Source: an uncultured archaeon
Lineage (GTDB): Archaea; Aenigmatarchaeota; Aenigmatarchaeia; Aenigmatarchaeales; Aenigmatarchaeaceae
NCBI GenBank assembly: GCA_964608725.1
Contig: CAZSPB010000001.1
Location: 43,696-107,695, forward strand
DNA length: 64,000 nucleotides
Direction: 5' to 3'
The notes beneath the pieces are model-generated. The model had not been told where the DNA came from, did not search any database, and was given only the letters and a program-made list of their open reading frames with translations. Shown piece by piece: positions 8,221 to 17,601 of the stretch. The position numbers and the translations under genes were made by a program. Numbering within the stretch: position 1 is the first letter of the stretch; each line of letters starts with the position of its first letter.

Positions 8221-10847
8221 AACTCAACCCTTTTACCTAAAGAGCCATTAAATGAGAAATAAAGTGGCCCGGAACACTTAGGGCATTTACCACTTAAAGT
8301 TGGTCTCCTAAAGCTCCAATTACAATTAAAGCAAACAACATTATCAAAATCGCTTAAAACAGTTTCTTCTGGTGATTTTGGTTTCTCCTTTTTCAAAATA
8401 TCTAACAAACTTTTCTGTCTAACACCTTCTAATAATTCAGAAGCAGAAATGCCACAAACTTCAAATATCCTTTCGAGGGGAGGAAGAAGCTGATTGTAAA
8501 TGTAATATTCAGAATCAATTGGTAAACCCCTTTCTTTTACGAATTCAGGATCTTCTGCTCTCTTTGATAAGAGTTGATTACCTTTTATTATAACGTAACC
8601 TAACCTTTCTCCAACTACTGACCTAGTTTTATCTCTTTTCAAAATTTTTTTTGCAAGCTCAACATGAGGTTGAACGCCTTCATACTTATCTAAAGACTTT
8701 GTTATACCTTTAACTATAGTTAGTTTTTCTATCGGTATTCTTCCTTTTGCAAGGTCTTCTATCACTTTTCTCACATATTTCGAAGCTTTCGTAATATTCT
8801 TTTCTTTTAAGATTATTTCAAGAACATTTCCCAAAGTTTCTGATACTAAATCACACCAATCTCTTCTTACAGTTTCTATACCTTTCATCTCTATTTTATC
8901 AACCCACTTATCCCTTTCCCTTTCAAATGCCCAACCAGCATACCTCTTCTTAGCTTCTATCAAGAAAGTTTTGTAAATTTTTTCGAATTTTAAATTAAGA
9001 CCTGGAAGTCTTTCTGAAATGAATTTTGATACTTTTCTCCCAAATTTTTCAGCTTCATCAAGATCTCTTATATCAACTTTAAGAAAAACAGAATCAGTAT
9101 CTGCATACAAAACTTTAACTGGAAAGTTTTCTTCTATAAGTTTTTTTGTTTTTGTTATAGTTTCTCTACCAAAAGCTGTTATCGAGTTTGCAATTTCTAT
9201 AACATACAATCTTGATCTTATGTAACCTGTGTAACCATACAAAGAATTTAAAAGGTCTTTTAAAGCTAATTGTTTTGCATTCAACAACCTTTTCTTCTCA
9301 GGGTCTGTCTCAAGTTTTAGTTGTTTTTTTATAGCTATTCTTGCTGACAAAATTTCATCCACAACTTGAGGTAAAATTCCTTTAAAAACTTCAGGTTTAA
9401 CGAACTTCGTACCAAAAGGAGAAACTATATGTTCTACATCTTCTCCATTTTTTAATAAAGTTGTTGTACAAATGTTGTAAGCCCTTATTAAAGAAGGATA
9501 CATACTAGTAAAATCCAAAACAACTACCCACTCATGCAAACCTATTTCAGGTTCTAAAACTATAGCTCCTTTTAAAGTTCTACCTTTTAATCTACTCTTT
9601 ATATCTCTTGGCTTACAAGGCATTAAGAAATTTCTTTTGTGAAATTCATGTAAAAGTCTACACTCATGTCTTTGAGCTTGACCACCAAAACAGTCTTGTA
9701 AAAGTAACCCAGAAAGCTTTGAAAGCTCAAAAAATTTATCTAGCAAACGTTTCTCTATAACTAATCTCAAAACTAAAATAGCATCTCTTTTAGCATAATC
9801 AACTAATAGTTGCATATCTTTTCCATTCCATATTTCTCTTATTTTTTGTAAGTAATTTTTACCCAACTCTATTTTTCCTATCCCTAAAACTTCTTTTGAG
9901 ATTGTACTCAAATCATACCTTTTAAACTTTACCCAAGGATCTCTCCTAAATATTTCAAAAGTATCAACAACAATTCTTCCAGAAATACTTGGAATGTAGC
10001 TATGTTCTAATTTTCTAGCAATAGAATTTTTCTCTGATCTTCCAAGATCTCTTGGAATTTTATATTTTTCGAAACGTTTTAAAAGAAATGGTAAATCAAA
10101 ACCATTAATGTTATGGCCACAAATTACATCAGGATCGAAATCAATTAAGATCTCTTTAAATTTTTTTAACATTTCTTCCTCGCCAGAACAAGTTATGGCC
10201 CCATTTGCTTTTCCTGATTTTGCAAGTAAAACTAAAGATTTCCTACCTTTATATTCAGGGTGAAAAGCTAAACTTATAACAATGATTTTATCTTTTTCTG
10301 GTGTTGGTATTCTCTCTTCTTCAGTCAAGCATTCTATATCAAGAGATAAGTATTTAAAAGGTGCGTTTTTCTCTAATTCAATTGGCCTTATTTCTTCTGC
10401 TTTAATTGCCTTACATTTTACTGTGTTAGTTGATATGAATTTTCCTTTTACATCTATCCAACTCATCCCTTTCAAGTTATGATCTGCCATAAATCTATAC
10501 TTAAAAAGAATGTCTGCTTCATAAGGAATTCCAAAATTTTTTGCAAAATCTCTTATTTCAGGTATCTTTCCTGGATCATTACCTGTTATTTTCAAGACTT
10601 TAACTGGAGGCTGAAAACCTATTGGCAATTTTCTCTCAACAACTTCAAATTTTAGCTCTGGATACCTATTTTTCAAAGCTTTAATAGCGTCTTCATAATT
10701 CTCTTCTTTAGAATATAAGTAAAAGTAAGGAAGAAAACCTTCGTAAAAAACGCATATAACTTCACCTTTAATGTTTTTACAAAAAATTCTTATAATTGGT
10801 TTTTTGTTAAGCATTATGTAATCGCAATCAAGAATTTGGAGTTCCAT
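8211..10847 (-). CDS. polB: Family B DNA polymerase (PolB) with 3'-5' exonuclease domain and C-terminal zinc finger
   Basis: Motif C YADTDSVF, exonuclease-region motifs (LSLDIE, FDPDVI...GHN), KxY-type motif, and a C-terminal CFNC...CPKC. Length is 878 aa. Confidence 0.9.
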   Translation of the reverse strand: MELQILDCDYIMLNKKPIIRIFCKNIKGEVICVFYEGFLPYFYLYSKEENYEDAIKALKNRYPELKFEVVERKLPIGFQPPVKVLKITGNDPGKIPEIRDFAKNFGIPYEADILFKYRFMADHNLKGMSWIDVKGKFISTNTVKCKAIKAEEIRPIELEKNAPFKYLSLDIECLTEEERIPTPEKDKIIVISLAFHPEYKGRKSLVLLAKSGKANGAITCSGEEEMLKKFKEILIDFDPDVICGHNINGFDLPFLLKRFEKYKIPRDLGRSEKNSIARKLEHSYIPSISGRIVVDTFEIFRRDPWVKFKRYDLSTISKEVLGIGKIELGKNYLQKIREIWNGKDMQLLVDYAKRDAILVLRLVIEKRLLDKFFELSKLSGLLLQDCFGGQAQRHECRLLHEFHKRNFLMPCKPRDIKSRLKGRTLKGAIVLEPEIGLHEWVVVLDFTSMYPSLIRAYNICTTTLLKNGEDVEHIVSPFGTKFVKPEVFKGILPQVVDEILSARIAIKKQLKLETDPEKKRLLNAKQLALKDLLNSLYGYTGYIRSRLYVIEIANSITAFGRETITKTKKLIEENFPVKVLYADTDSVFLKVDIRDLDEAEKFGRKVSKFISERLPGLNLKFEKIYKTFLIEAKKRYAGWAFERERDKWVDKIEMKGIETVRRDWCDLVSETLGNVLEIILKEKNITKASKYVRKVIEDLAKGRIPIEKLTIVKGITKSLDKYEGVQPHVELAKKILKRDKTRSVVGERLGYVIIKGNQLLSKRAEDPEFVKERGLPIDSEYYIYNQLLPPLERIFEVCGISASELLEGVRQKSLLDILKKEKPKSPEETVLSDFDNVVCFNCNWSFRRPTLSGKCPKCSGPLYFSFNGSLGKRVEFQP

Positions 10848-10896
10848 GAAATTATATTTAAGTTAACAATTTAAACCATTTTCGTTACTTTAAAAT

Positions 10897-11793
10897 TTAA
10901 ATTGGAGTAATATCTCTTGTTTTCAGATTTATTATGTTATTTGGTAAGACTATAGTTACTCCTTTATAATTTTTTATTTCTCCTTTATTTGTGAAGAGAA
11001 TATCAGGTATAGGATCAATTAAAAAATCTGTTTTCTTCAAATTTACAAACCTCTTTTTTAGCAGTTCTGAGCCATCTAAATCAGGTGCTATCAAAATAAT
11101 TATATTCTCTATCTTTAGAAAGGCTGGTGTTTTCACTTTAATTTTCTTATTCTTTAAGTTATCAAAAACTTTATCAAAAAACACTTTATAGTGTGCTTCA
11201 CACTCTTTTTCATCTTTCAAGAATGCAACTAAAATTTTGTCTTTTGTGTGACTTGCGGTCCTTAATGGAATATCAGGATAAAAAATTTTGTTAGCTATTA
11301 ATTTCTCAGAATAAAAACCAGAAACAGCTATAACATCATCTAGCTCAAGTTTTTTCCAATCCTCTTCTTTAACTAAAATATCAATATCTCCTGTTGGATC
11401 CTCTAAAGTTATGAGAAACTCATTATCTTTTTCTTTCTTCTCTTTAACAAAACCAATCACACTTATTTTCCCTTTACTTCTCTTGTTTATCGAAATAACA
11501 TTCGTCAACTCAAGTTTTTTTAAAAGAATATTTTGAAGAAAATTGTACCTTTCGTTTAATTGTTTAACATACTCTTGAATTGAAAAACTTTTTCTTGGTT
11601 CAAATTCTTTTAAAATCTCAACTTCACTACTTAATATTTTTTTGATAATATCTTTAGAAAGAATAAAGGTTTGAGTTTTTTTAAGTTCTTCTAAAAGTTT
11701 CTTAATTTTTTCTTCATTAAGTTCTTTAATTATTTCAACTGCATCTTCTTTTATTAAGAAACCTTGGTTCAAAAGTTCTTTTAAAAAATTCAT
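10897..11793 (-). CDS. DP1-like protein (PolD small-subunit N-terminal domain plus OB fold) lacking the phosphodiesterase domain
   Basis: N-terminus MNFLKELLNQGFLIKEDAVEIIKEL resembles DP1 N-terminal domains. The OB-fold segment VIGFVKEKK...LITLEDPTGDIDILV...VIAVSG...YPDIPL matches the DP1 OB fold and the PDIP junction. Only about 110 aa follow, with no HxD/GNHE metallophosphatase motifs. The position between orc1 and a polymerase gene is where DP1 sits in many Euryarchaeota. Confidence 0.45.
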   Translation of the reverse strand: MNFLKELLNQGFLIKEDAVEIIKELNEEKIKKLLEELKKTQTFILSKDIIKKILSSEVEILKEFEPRKSFSIQEYVKQLNERYNFLQNILLKKLELTNVISINKRSKGKISVIGFVKEKKEKDNEFLITLEDPTGDIDILVKEEDWKKLELDDVIAVSGFYSEKLIANKIFYPDIPLRTASHTKDKILVAFLKDEKECEAHYKVFFDKVFDNLKNKKIKVKTPAFLKIENIIILIAPDLDGSELLKKRFVNLKKTDFLIDPIPDILFTNKGEIKNYKGVTIVLPNNIINLKTRDITPI

Positions 11794-11824
11794 AAGAGTA
11801 TTTGAACCTAGAAATTTTTATTCT

Positions 11825-13030
11825 TTAAGAATAAAATATTTGCTCAAGAAGTTTTTTCAACTTCCTAAAAATAGTTTTTGATAGGTTTATACTAACTACC
11901 CTTGTTCTTCCATATCTTCCTTTTGAAACTATTTTAGCATTTATTATCCCAAAAAGATCAAGTTCACTTATAAGATCTGAAATCCTTCTTTGAGTTAATA
12001 CTTTAAGGCCTTGTTCTTTACATATTTCTTGGTAACAATCAAAAATGTCTCCTGTTTGTATTTCTTTGTTCTTTTCAGCAAGCCTTAATATAGCATAAAG
12101 TACAGCTTGGCTTTGTTTTGGTTGTGTTTTGACTGTTTCAATTATCCTATCTAAATCTATTTTTTCATGGGCCATATCTACATGAGCAACTCTAACTTTG
12201 TCTTCTCCATTTCTTTCTGCTAATTCTCCAGCTACTCTCAAGAGATCCAAAGCTCTTCTCGCATCCCCATGCTCTTGAGCTGCAAGAGCTGCACATTTTT
12301 CTATAACCCCCTCTTCTAAAACACCCGGCTCAAAAGCTATTTTTGCCCTTTCCCTTAAAATATCTTGAAGTTGTAAAGCATTGTATGGGGGAAAAATTAG
12401 TTCTTCTTCACTGAGCGAACTTTTTATCCTTGGATCTAAAGTTTCAATAAAGCTTAAATTGTTTGTTATTCCTATTAAAGAAACTCTAGAATTATGAAGC
12501 TCTTGATTCATTCTTGTTAAATTATAGAGTATTTCATCACCTGTTTTATTTATAAGAGCATCTATTTCATCAATAATAATTATAATAATTCCTTTATTCT
12601 CTTCTAATGTTTGAAAGAATGTATTGTATACTTTATCTGTTGGGAGCCCAGTAAATGGAACTTCTCTACCAAGCATCCTAGATAATTCAGCCAATAATCT
12701 ATATTCAGTATCTGCAACCCTTTTCATTTTACAGTTCACATAAAGGGTTTTAACTCTTTGGCCATTACAATTACTTATCTCTTCTAATTGGGATCCAACA
12801 TATCTTGAAACTAAAGTTTTTCCTGTTCCAGGCCTCCCATACAAGAAAATATTGCTTGGCCTTTGCCCTTTCAAAGCAGGTGCTAATATTCTACTAAGAT
12901 CATTTATCTGTCCTTCTCTATGGGGTATTGTTTCTGGAGTAAATGATATTGTTAAAGCATTTCTATTCTTAAATATTGGTTTAGATTCAAGAAATTTCAT
13001 AAAAATGTTATTATTCAATTCCCCTTTCAT
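11825..13030 (-). CDS. cdc6: Orc1/Cdc6 replication initiator
   Basis: Walker A LYGRPGTGKT, Walker B IIIIIDEID, sensor motifs, and a C-terminal winged helix. The likely start is the second Met (MKGELNN..., ATG rc at 13028-13030). The ORF track extends to 13120. Confidence 0.9.
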   Translation of the reverse strand: MKGELNNNIFMKFLESKPIFKNRNALTISFTPETIPHREGQINDLSRILAPALKGQRPSNIFLYGRPGTGKTLVSRYVGSQLEEISNCNGQRVKTLYVNCKMKRVADTEYRLLAELSRMLGREVPFTGLPTDKVYNTFFQTLEENKGIIIIIIDEIDALINKTGDEILYNLTRMNQELHNSRVSLIGITNNLSFIETLDPRIKSSLSEEELIFPPYNALQLQDILRERAKIAFEPGVLEEGVIEKCAALAAQEHGDARRALDLLRVAGELAERNGEDKVRVAHVDMAHEKIDLDRIIETVKTQPKQSQAVLYAILRLAEKNKEIQTGDIFDCYQEICKEQGLKVLTQRRISDLISELDLFGIINAKIVSKGRYGRTRVVSINLSKTIFRKLKKLLEQIFYS

Positions 13031-13103
13031 AGAAAAAACCTCTATTTCTTTTGAAAGTAAATACGTGAAGTTATATATTTTTTTCTTCACGTTAACCCCT
13101 TTA

Positions 13104-13170
13104 TTTCCTGTGAAGTTCATATGAAGTTTTTTCTCAAATCACACCCTATTTTTTCCTGTGAAATCTCCAG
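13104..13170. promoter_or_regulatory. Two direct mini-ORB-like boxes (TTCCTGTGAA) upstream of orc1/cdc6; candidate origin or autoregulatory element
   Basis: tttcctgtgaag at 13104-13115 and ttcctgtgaaatctccag at 13153-13170. They resemble the archaeal mini-ORB core TTCCAGTGGAAA and the TTCACGTGAA iterons at 23.7-24.1 kb. An AT-rich stretch follows (13171-13287). Confidence 0.4.
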
Positions 13171-13287
13171 AAGAAATAAAAATTTGAAAATTTTTTAGAA
13201 CCTTTATTTCTTATAACAATGTTAATATTTATATATAAGAATAATTTTGGAAAAGTAATTACTTGTTCGACAAGAAATTAAGGGGAG

Positions 13288-14064
13288 CTAAAAAGATCTT
13301 TTTAATAATTTTAGAAATTCATTTTTATCTTTTATTTCTGTAATGGCAACTGGTATATTTTCTAATTCTGCTATTCTTTTCGCTAATTCATCAATTTTTT
13401 CAGAACCATGTAAAACAACTAATCCAGGCCTTAAATTTGTCACTTTTATAGCTACCATAGAACTTTTTCCTGTATGGGCTCCTATGAATATTAAGGCCCT
13501 TTTGCTTGTTGCACCATACAACTTTACCATATCCATTGGGGAAAGATCAATTATAGCTTTTAAACTATCAATAACAGTGTAACCATAAAGAGTTTCATCT
13601 GAAAGTTCTTCTTTTACAACAACATTTGCATTTATAATTTTACAAAAATCTGAAATCTTTTTTGGTATACTAAACTCTTTCATATCTAAAATAGCTTCAG
13701 AAAGGGCTGGTTTTGGGGGATAAATTGAAAACTCTTTTATAATTTTTCCACCTCTTTTCTCATCTATGGCTAACATAGCTTCGACAATTTTTCTTATTAT
13801 CTTTATTCCTGGAGATTTTCTTCTCCCATTTTCATAATCAGAAATAACAGAAGGCATTACTCTCATTTCATCAGCAAGTTTTCTTTGTGGTATCTTGAAG
13901 ATGTTTCTCCATTTTTGAATAGTTCTTCCAGCTTCATTACTAAGAACTATTTCACCAGCTATTCTTTTAGCTAACATTTCTCTTGCTAATTCTTGTGTAT
14001 TCATGTTAATATATTGTCGAAAAAAGCTTAAAAAACTTTCATTCTCTTCTAAACCCGAGTACAC
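13288..14064 (-). CDS. HTH (XRE/Cro-C1 type) transcriptional regulator with a C-terminal uncharacterised domain
   Basis: The N-terminal region IQKWRNIFKIPQRKLADEMRVMPSVISDYENGRRKSP matches the HTH_3 pattern. Length is 258 aa. Confidence 0.55.
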   Translation of the reverse strand: MYSGLEENESFLSFFRQYINMNTQELAREMLAKRIAGEIVLSNEAGRTIQKWRNIFKIPQRKLADEMRVMPSVISDYENGRRKSPGIKIIRKIVEAMLAIDEKRGGKIIKEFSIYPPKPALSEAILDMKEFSIPKKISDFCKIINANVVVKEELSDETLYGYTVIDSLKAIIDLSPMDMVKLYGATSKRALIFIGAHTGKSSMVAIKVTNLRPGLVVLHGSEKIDELAKRIAELENIPVAITEIKDKNEFLKLLKRSF

Positions 14065-14100
14065 ATAACTTTAAATATTTTTGAAAGACCAAACAATTAT

Positions 14101-14652
14101 ATGCCCACAGGAATTAAAGTGAAAGATGCAATGATAAAAAATGTAATTACTGGTAAACCAGACCAAACAGTATTTGAAGGATCTAAAGTAATGAGAGAAA
14201 AGGATATAGGAAGTCTTATAATAGTTGAGAATAGTAAGCCAATAGGTATAGTGACAAGGGAAGATATTGTTAATAAAGTAACAGCAGAAAATAAACTTGC
14301 TTCTGAAGTTTTATTAAAAGACATTATGTCAAGAAATCTTGTAACTTGCCCTCCTGATTGTGATATTTCTGAAGTTGCCAGAGTAATGTCAAGGTACCAA
14401 TATGAAAGAATACCAGTTGTTTCTAAAGGTAAGCTTGTGGGTATAATTTCTACAAGAGAAGTTGCTAAAGTTGCGCCAGCAGCACTTGAAATTCTAACAG
14501 AACATTTAAGAATTGAACAACCTCCAGAACAACCACCAGAAGAAACTATAGCTGGTGAGTGTGAACTTTGTGGGAATTTTTCTGAAGAACTTCATCATGT
14601 AAATGGATTGTGGGTTTGTGAGAATTGTATGGAAGAGGCCCAGGAACTTTAA
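14101..14652 (+). CDS. CBS-domain pair protein with C-terminal zinc ribbon
   Basis: Two CBS-like segments (IIVENSKPIGIVTREDIV; IPVVSKGKLVGIISTREV) and a C-terminal CELCG...CENC. Confidence 0.75.
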   Translation: MPTGIKVKDAMIKNVITGKPDQTVFEGSKVMREKDIGSLIIVENSKPIGIVTREDIVNKVTAENKLASEVLLKDIMSRNLVTCPPDCDISEVARVMSRYQYERIPVVSKGKLVGIISTREVAKVAPAALEILTEHLRIEQPPEQPPEETIAGECELCGNFSEELHHVNGLWVCENCMEEAQEL

Positions 14653-14680
14653 TATATTTAAATATTTTTAATCTAATTTT

Positions 14681-15031
14681 ATGTTTAAAGAAGAGATTGG
14701 AGAATTGTTGGAGTTACTAGATGAGATAAAAGATAAAACAATAATAGTTGAGGGTAAGAGAGATAAAGAAGCTTTATGCTCATTTGGTCTTAAAAATGTA
14801 ATAACTTTACATAAAGGCTTGTACGAAACTGCTGAAAGTTTAAAAAGTAGAGAAGTAGTAATTTTAACTGATTTCGACAGGGAAGGCAAAGGGATAGCAA
14901 AAAAACTTAATAAAATTCTCCAATCTCTTGGTTATAAGGTAGATAAGGAAAGTAGGAGGAAAATAAGCTTCCTATTTTCCAGACTAAGGATCAAAAAAAT
15001 AGAAGAATTGAGAGGTGTTATTCATGAGTAA
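14681..15031 (+). CDS. Small Toprim-domain protein (COG1658-like mini-primase/RNase M5-like)
   Basis: IIVEGKRDKEAL (conserved Glu) and VVILTDFDREGKGIAKKL (DxD). Length is 116 aa. Overlaps dnaG by 17 nt. Confidence 0.65.
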   Translation: MFKEEIGELLELLDEIKDKTIIVEGKRDKEALCSFGLKNVITLHKGLYETAESLKSREVVILTDFDREGKGIAKKLNKILQSLGYKVDKESRRKISFLFSRLRIKKIEELRGVIHE

Positions 15032-16166
15032 GTTGGCCCAAACAACTTCGAAATACACTATTTATGTTAAATTTGAGGCTGATGGTATTGTTGAGAAACC
15101 GGATGTTATAGGAGCTATTTTTGGCCAAACAGAAGGATTGTTAGGCCCTGATATGGAGTTAAGAGAATTACAAAGAACAGGAAGGATAGGAAGAATCGAC
15201 GTTAATTTAAGAACTCATAATGGAAAAACAACAGGAAAAATAATAATACCTTCTTCTCTTGATAGTGCAGAAACATCTTTAATAGCAGCTTGTGTGGAAA
15301 CTATAGAAAGAGTAGGGCCATGCAATGCTAAAATTCAAGTTGAGAGGATAGAAGATGTAAGAGCAAATAAAAGAAAGTATGTTGTTGAAAGAGCAAAAGA
15401 ATTGCTTGGAAAGATGTTTGAAGAAAATTTCTATGATATTGAACAAATAACAGAGCAAATAAAAGAAGCTATAAGAACAAGTGAAATTTCAGAGTATAAA
15501 GGTTTACCAGCAGGCCCAAATGTAGCTAACTATGACTCGATAATTATAGTTGAAGGGAGAGCAGATGTTTTAAACCTTTTGAAAAATGGTATAAAGAATG
15601 TTATTGCGATAGAAGGAACTTCCGTACCAAAGGCTATAATTGATCTCTCAAAAGAGAAAGTAGCAACAGCTTTCCTTGACGGAGATAGGGGAGGAGATTT
15701 AATACTAAAAGAGTTGTTAGAAGTTTGTGATATTGATTTTATAGCAAGAGCTCCTGAAGGGAAGGAAGTTGAAGAGTTAAGTAAGAAAGAGATTTACAAA
15801 TGTTTAAGGAGTAGAGTGCCAACACATCAAGAAACAGAAATAATAAAAGAAGAAAAAACTCACAGAATTCCTATAGAAACTAACAAACTTGATAAATTCA
15901 AAACTTTGTTAGAAGAATTAATAGGAACGAGAGCTGCATGCTTTTTAGATGAGAATATGCAAATCTTAGGCAAAGTTCCAGTTAAAGAGATGTTTTCTGC
16001 AATGAGAGGCCTTAATGCTAATGCTCTATTGTTTGATGGTAACATTGATCAAAAGCTTTTGAATCAATGTTCAGCCAATGGAATAAAATATGTAGTTGGA
16101 ATGAAGATTGATAGGGTAAGAATACCAAAAGGCATTTTTGCTTTAACTATTCAAGATTTGAGATAA
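15015..16166 (+). CDS. dnaG: Archaeal DnaG-type primase (Toprim)
   Basis: IIIVEGRADVLNLLKNG...AIEGT and AFLDGDRGGDLILKEL. The N-terminal region is typical of archaeal DnaG. Length is 383 aa. Confidence 0.8.
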   Translation: MLFMSKLAQTTSKYTIYVKFEADGIVEKPDVIGAIFGQTEGLLGPDMELRELQRTGRIGRIDVNLRTHNGKTTGKIIIPSSLDSAETSLIAACVETIERVGPCNAKIQVERIEDVRANKRKYVVERAKELLGKMFEENFYDIEQITEQIKEAIRTSEISEYKGLPAGPNVANYDSIIIVEGRADVLNLLKNGIKNVIAIEGTSVPKAIIDLSKEKVATAFLDGDRGGDLILKELLEVCDIDFIARAPEGKEVEELSKKEIYKCLRSRVPTHQETEIIKEEKTHRIPIETNKLDKFKTLLEELIGTRAACFLDENMQILGKVPVKEMFSAMRGLNANALLFDGNIDQKLLNQCSANGIKYVVGMKIDRVRIPKGIFALTIQDLR

Positions 16167-16200
16167 TTCTTTAAGTAGGAGAAAAGAAAAATTATTTGAA

Positions 16201-17601
16201 ATGATAGGAATAGCTGAGAAAGTTTTAAAGTACGCTGAAAAGAAAGTTGAGTATGCAGAGGTTAGAGCTGAGAGTTCTCAAGAGAATAGTATAACGCTTA
16301 AAAATGGCAATTTGGAGGTATTTGAATCTTCAAAAAATATTGGTTTTTGTATTAGAGTGTTAAAAAATGGTGCATTAGGGCTGGGATTTTCAAATAGTCT
16401 TAAATTTTCTAAATTGAAGAAAGCAGTTTCCGAAGCAATTAAGATGGCAAAAAGTTCGAAAAGGAAAACGAAAAAAATCCAATTTTCTGAAGAAAATGTT
16501 GTTAAAGATAAGTATGAAGTGAAGCAAGTTTTTGATCTTAAGAATATTGAACCAGAAGAAAAGATAAACTTTCTTTTAGAAGTGGATAAAACTCTTGTCC
16601 TTTCAAAATTCCCACTTTTAACAAGAGTCTTTGAACTTCTTGATGAAGTAAAAGAAAAGTATTATATTAACAGTGAAGGGACTAAAATATTTTCAAAAAT
16701 ATCAAGAGTGAGTTTAGATTACTTGTTAACAGTTGCATCAAATGGCCAAATAGAACAAAGAAGTTTTCAACTAGGAGGAACAGGAGGTTGGGAAGTTGTA
16801 AGGAAGTGGAATTTAAGAGAAAGACTTTTTGAAGAAGCAGAAATTTTAACTAAATTGTTAAAAGCTAAGAGAGCACCAAAAGGAAAGTTTGATGTTATTT
16901 TATCTCCTGAATTAGTTGGTATAGCTTCTCATGAAAGTTGTGGCCACCCTTACGAAGCTGATAGGATACTTGGAAGAGAAGCGGCCCAAGCTGGAGAATC
17001 TTTCATAACTAAAGAAATGTTAGGGAAAAGAATTGGAAGTGAAGTTGTTAACCTAGTTGATGACCCAACTTTAAAAGGGAGCTATGGTTTTTACTTGTAT
17101 GATGACGAAGGTGTTAAAGCAAAAAGAAGATTTTTAATAAAGAATGGAATTATTAATACTTTCCTTCACAATAGAGAAACAGCTTTTGAATTTGGAATTA
17201 AAAGTAATGGTGCTGCTAGGGCAGCAGATTGGTGTTTTGAACCAATAATAAGAATGGCCAATACTTTCATTTTACCAGGAGATTATAAATTTGATGAATT
17301 GATTGATGTTAGGAACGGTATTTACATAAAATCTTACATGGAATGGAATATAGATGATAAAAGGTTTAACCAAAAGTATGTTGGGTTAGAGTCTTATTTA
17401 ATAAAAAATGGGGAAATAAAAAGTTTAGTAAAGAGACCAGTTCTAGAAATTAAAACACCAAAATTTTATAGTTCTATTGATGCAGTTGGCAATGATCTTA
17501 GCTTTTCGGCAGGAACATGTGGAAAGGGCGATCCAATGCAAGGAGTCCCAGTTTGGTTTGGAGGCCCACATATTAGATTAAAGAATTTGAGGGTGAGTTA
17601 A
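16201..17601 (+). CDS. tldD: TldD family metalloprotease
   Basis: HESCGHPYEADRIL metal-binding motif and a C-terminal GxC...GG region. Length is 466 aa. Confidence 0.8.
   Translation: MIGIAEKVLKYAEKKVEYAEVRAESSQENSITLKNGNLEVFESSKNIGFCIRVLKNGALGLGFSNSLKFSKLKKAVSEAIKMAKSSKRKTKKIQFSEENVVKDKYEVKQVFDLKNIEPEEKINFLLEVDKTLVLSKFPLLTRVFELLDEVKEKYYINSEGTKIFSKISRVSLDYLLTVASNGQIEQRSFQLGGTGGWEVVRKWNLRERLFEEAEILTKLLKAKRAPKGKFDVILSPELVGIASHESCGHPYEADRILGREAAQAGESFITKEMLGKRIGSEVVNLVDDPTLKGSYGFYLYDDEGVKAKRRFLIKNGIINTFLHNRETAFEFGIKSNGAARAADWCFEPIIRMANTFILPGDYKFDELIDVRNGIYIKSYMEWNIDDKRFNQKYVGLESYLIKNGEIKSLVKRPVLEIKTPKFYSSIDAVGNDLSFSAGTCGKGDPMQGVPVWFGGPHIRLKNLRVS

Noticed and set aside
13031-13120. N-terminal 30 codons of the orc1/cdc6 ORF as given in the ORF track
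   Set aside because: The second Met (MKGELNN...) matches the typical Orc1 N-terminus. Using it leaves the first TTCCTGTGAA box in the intergenic region rather than inside coding sequence.
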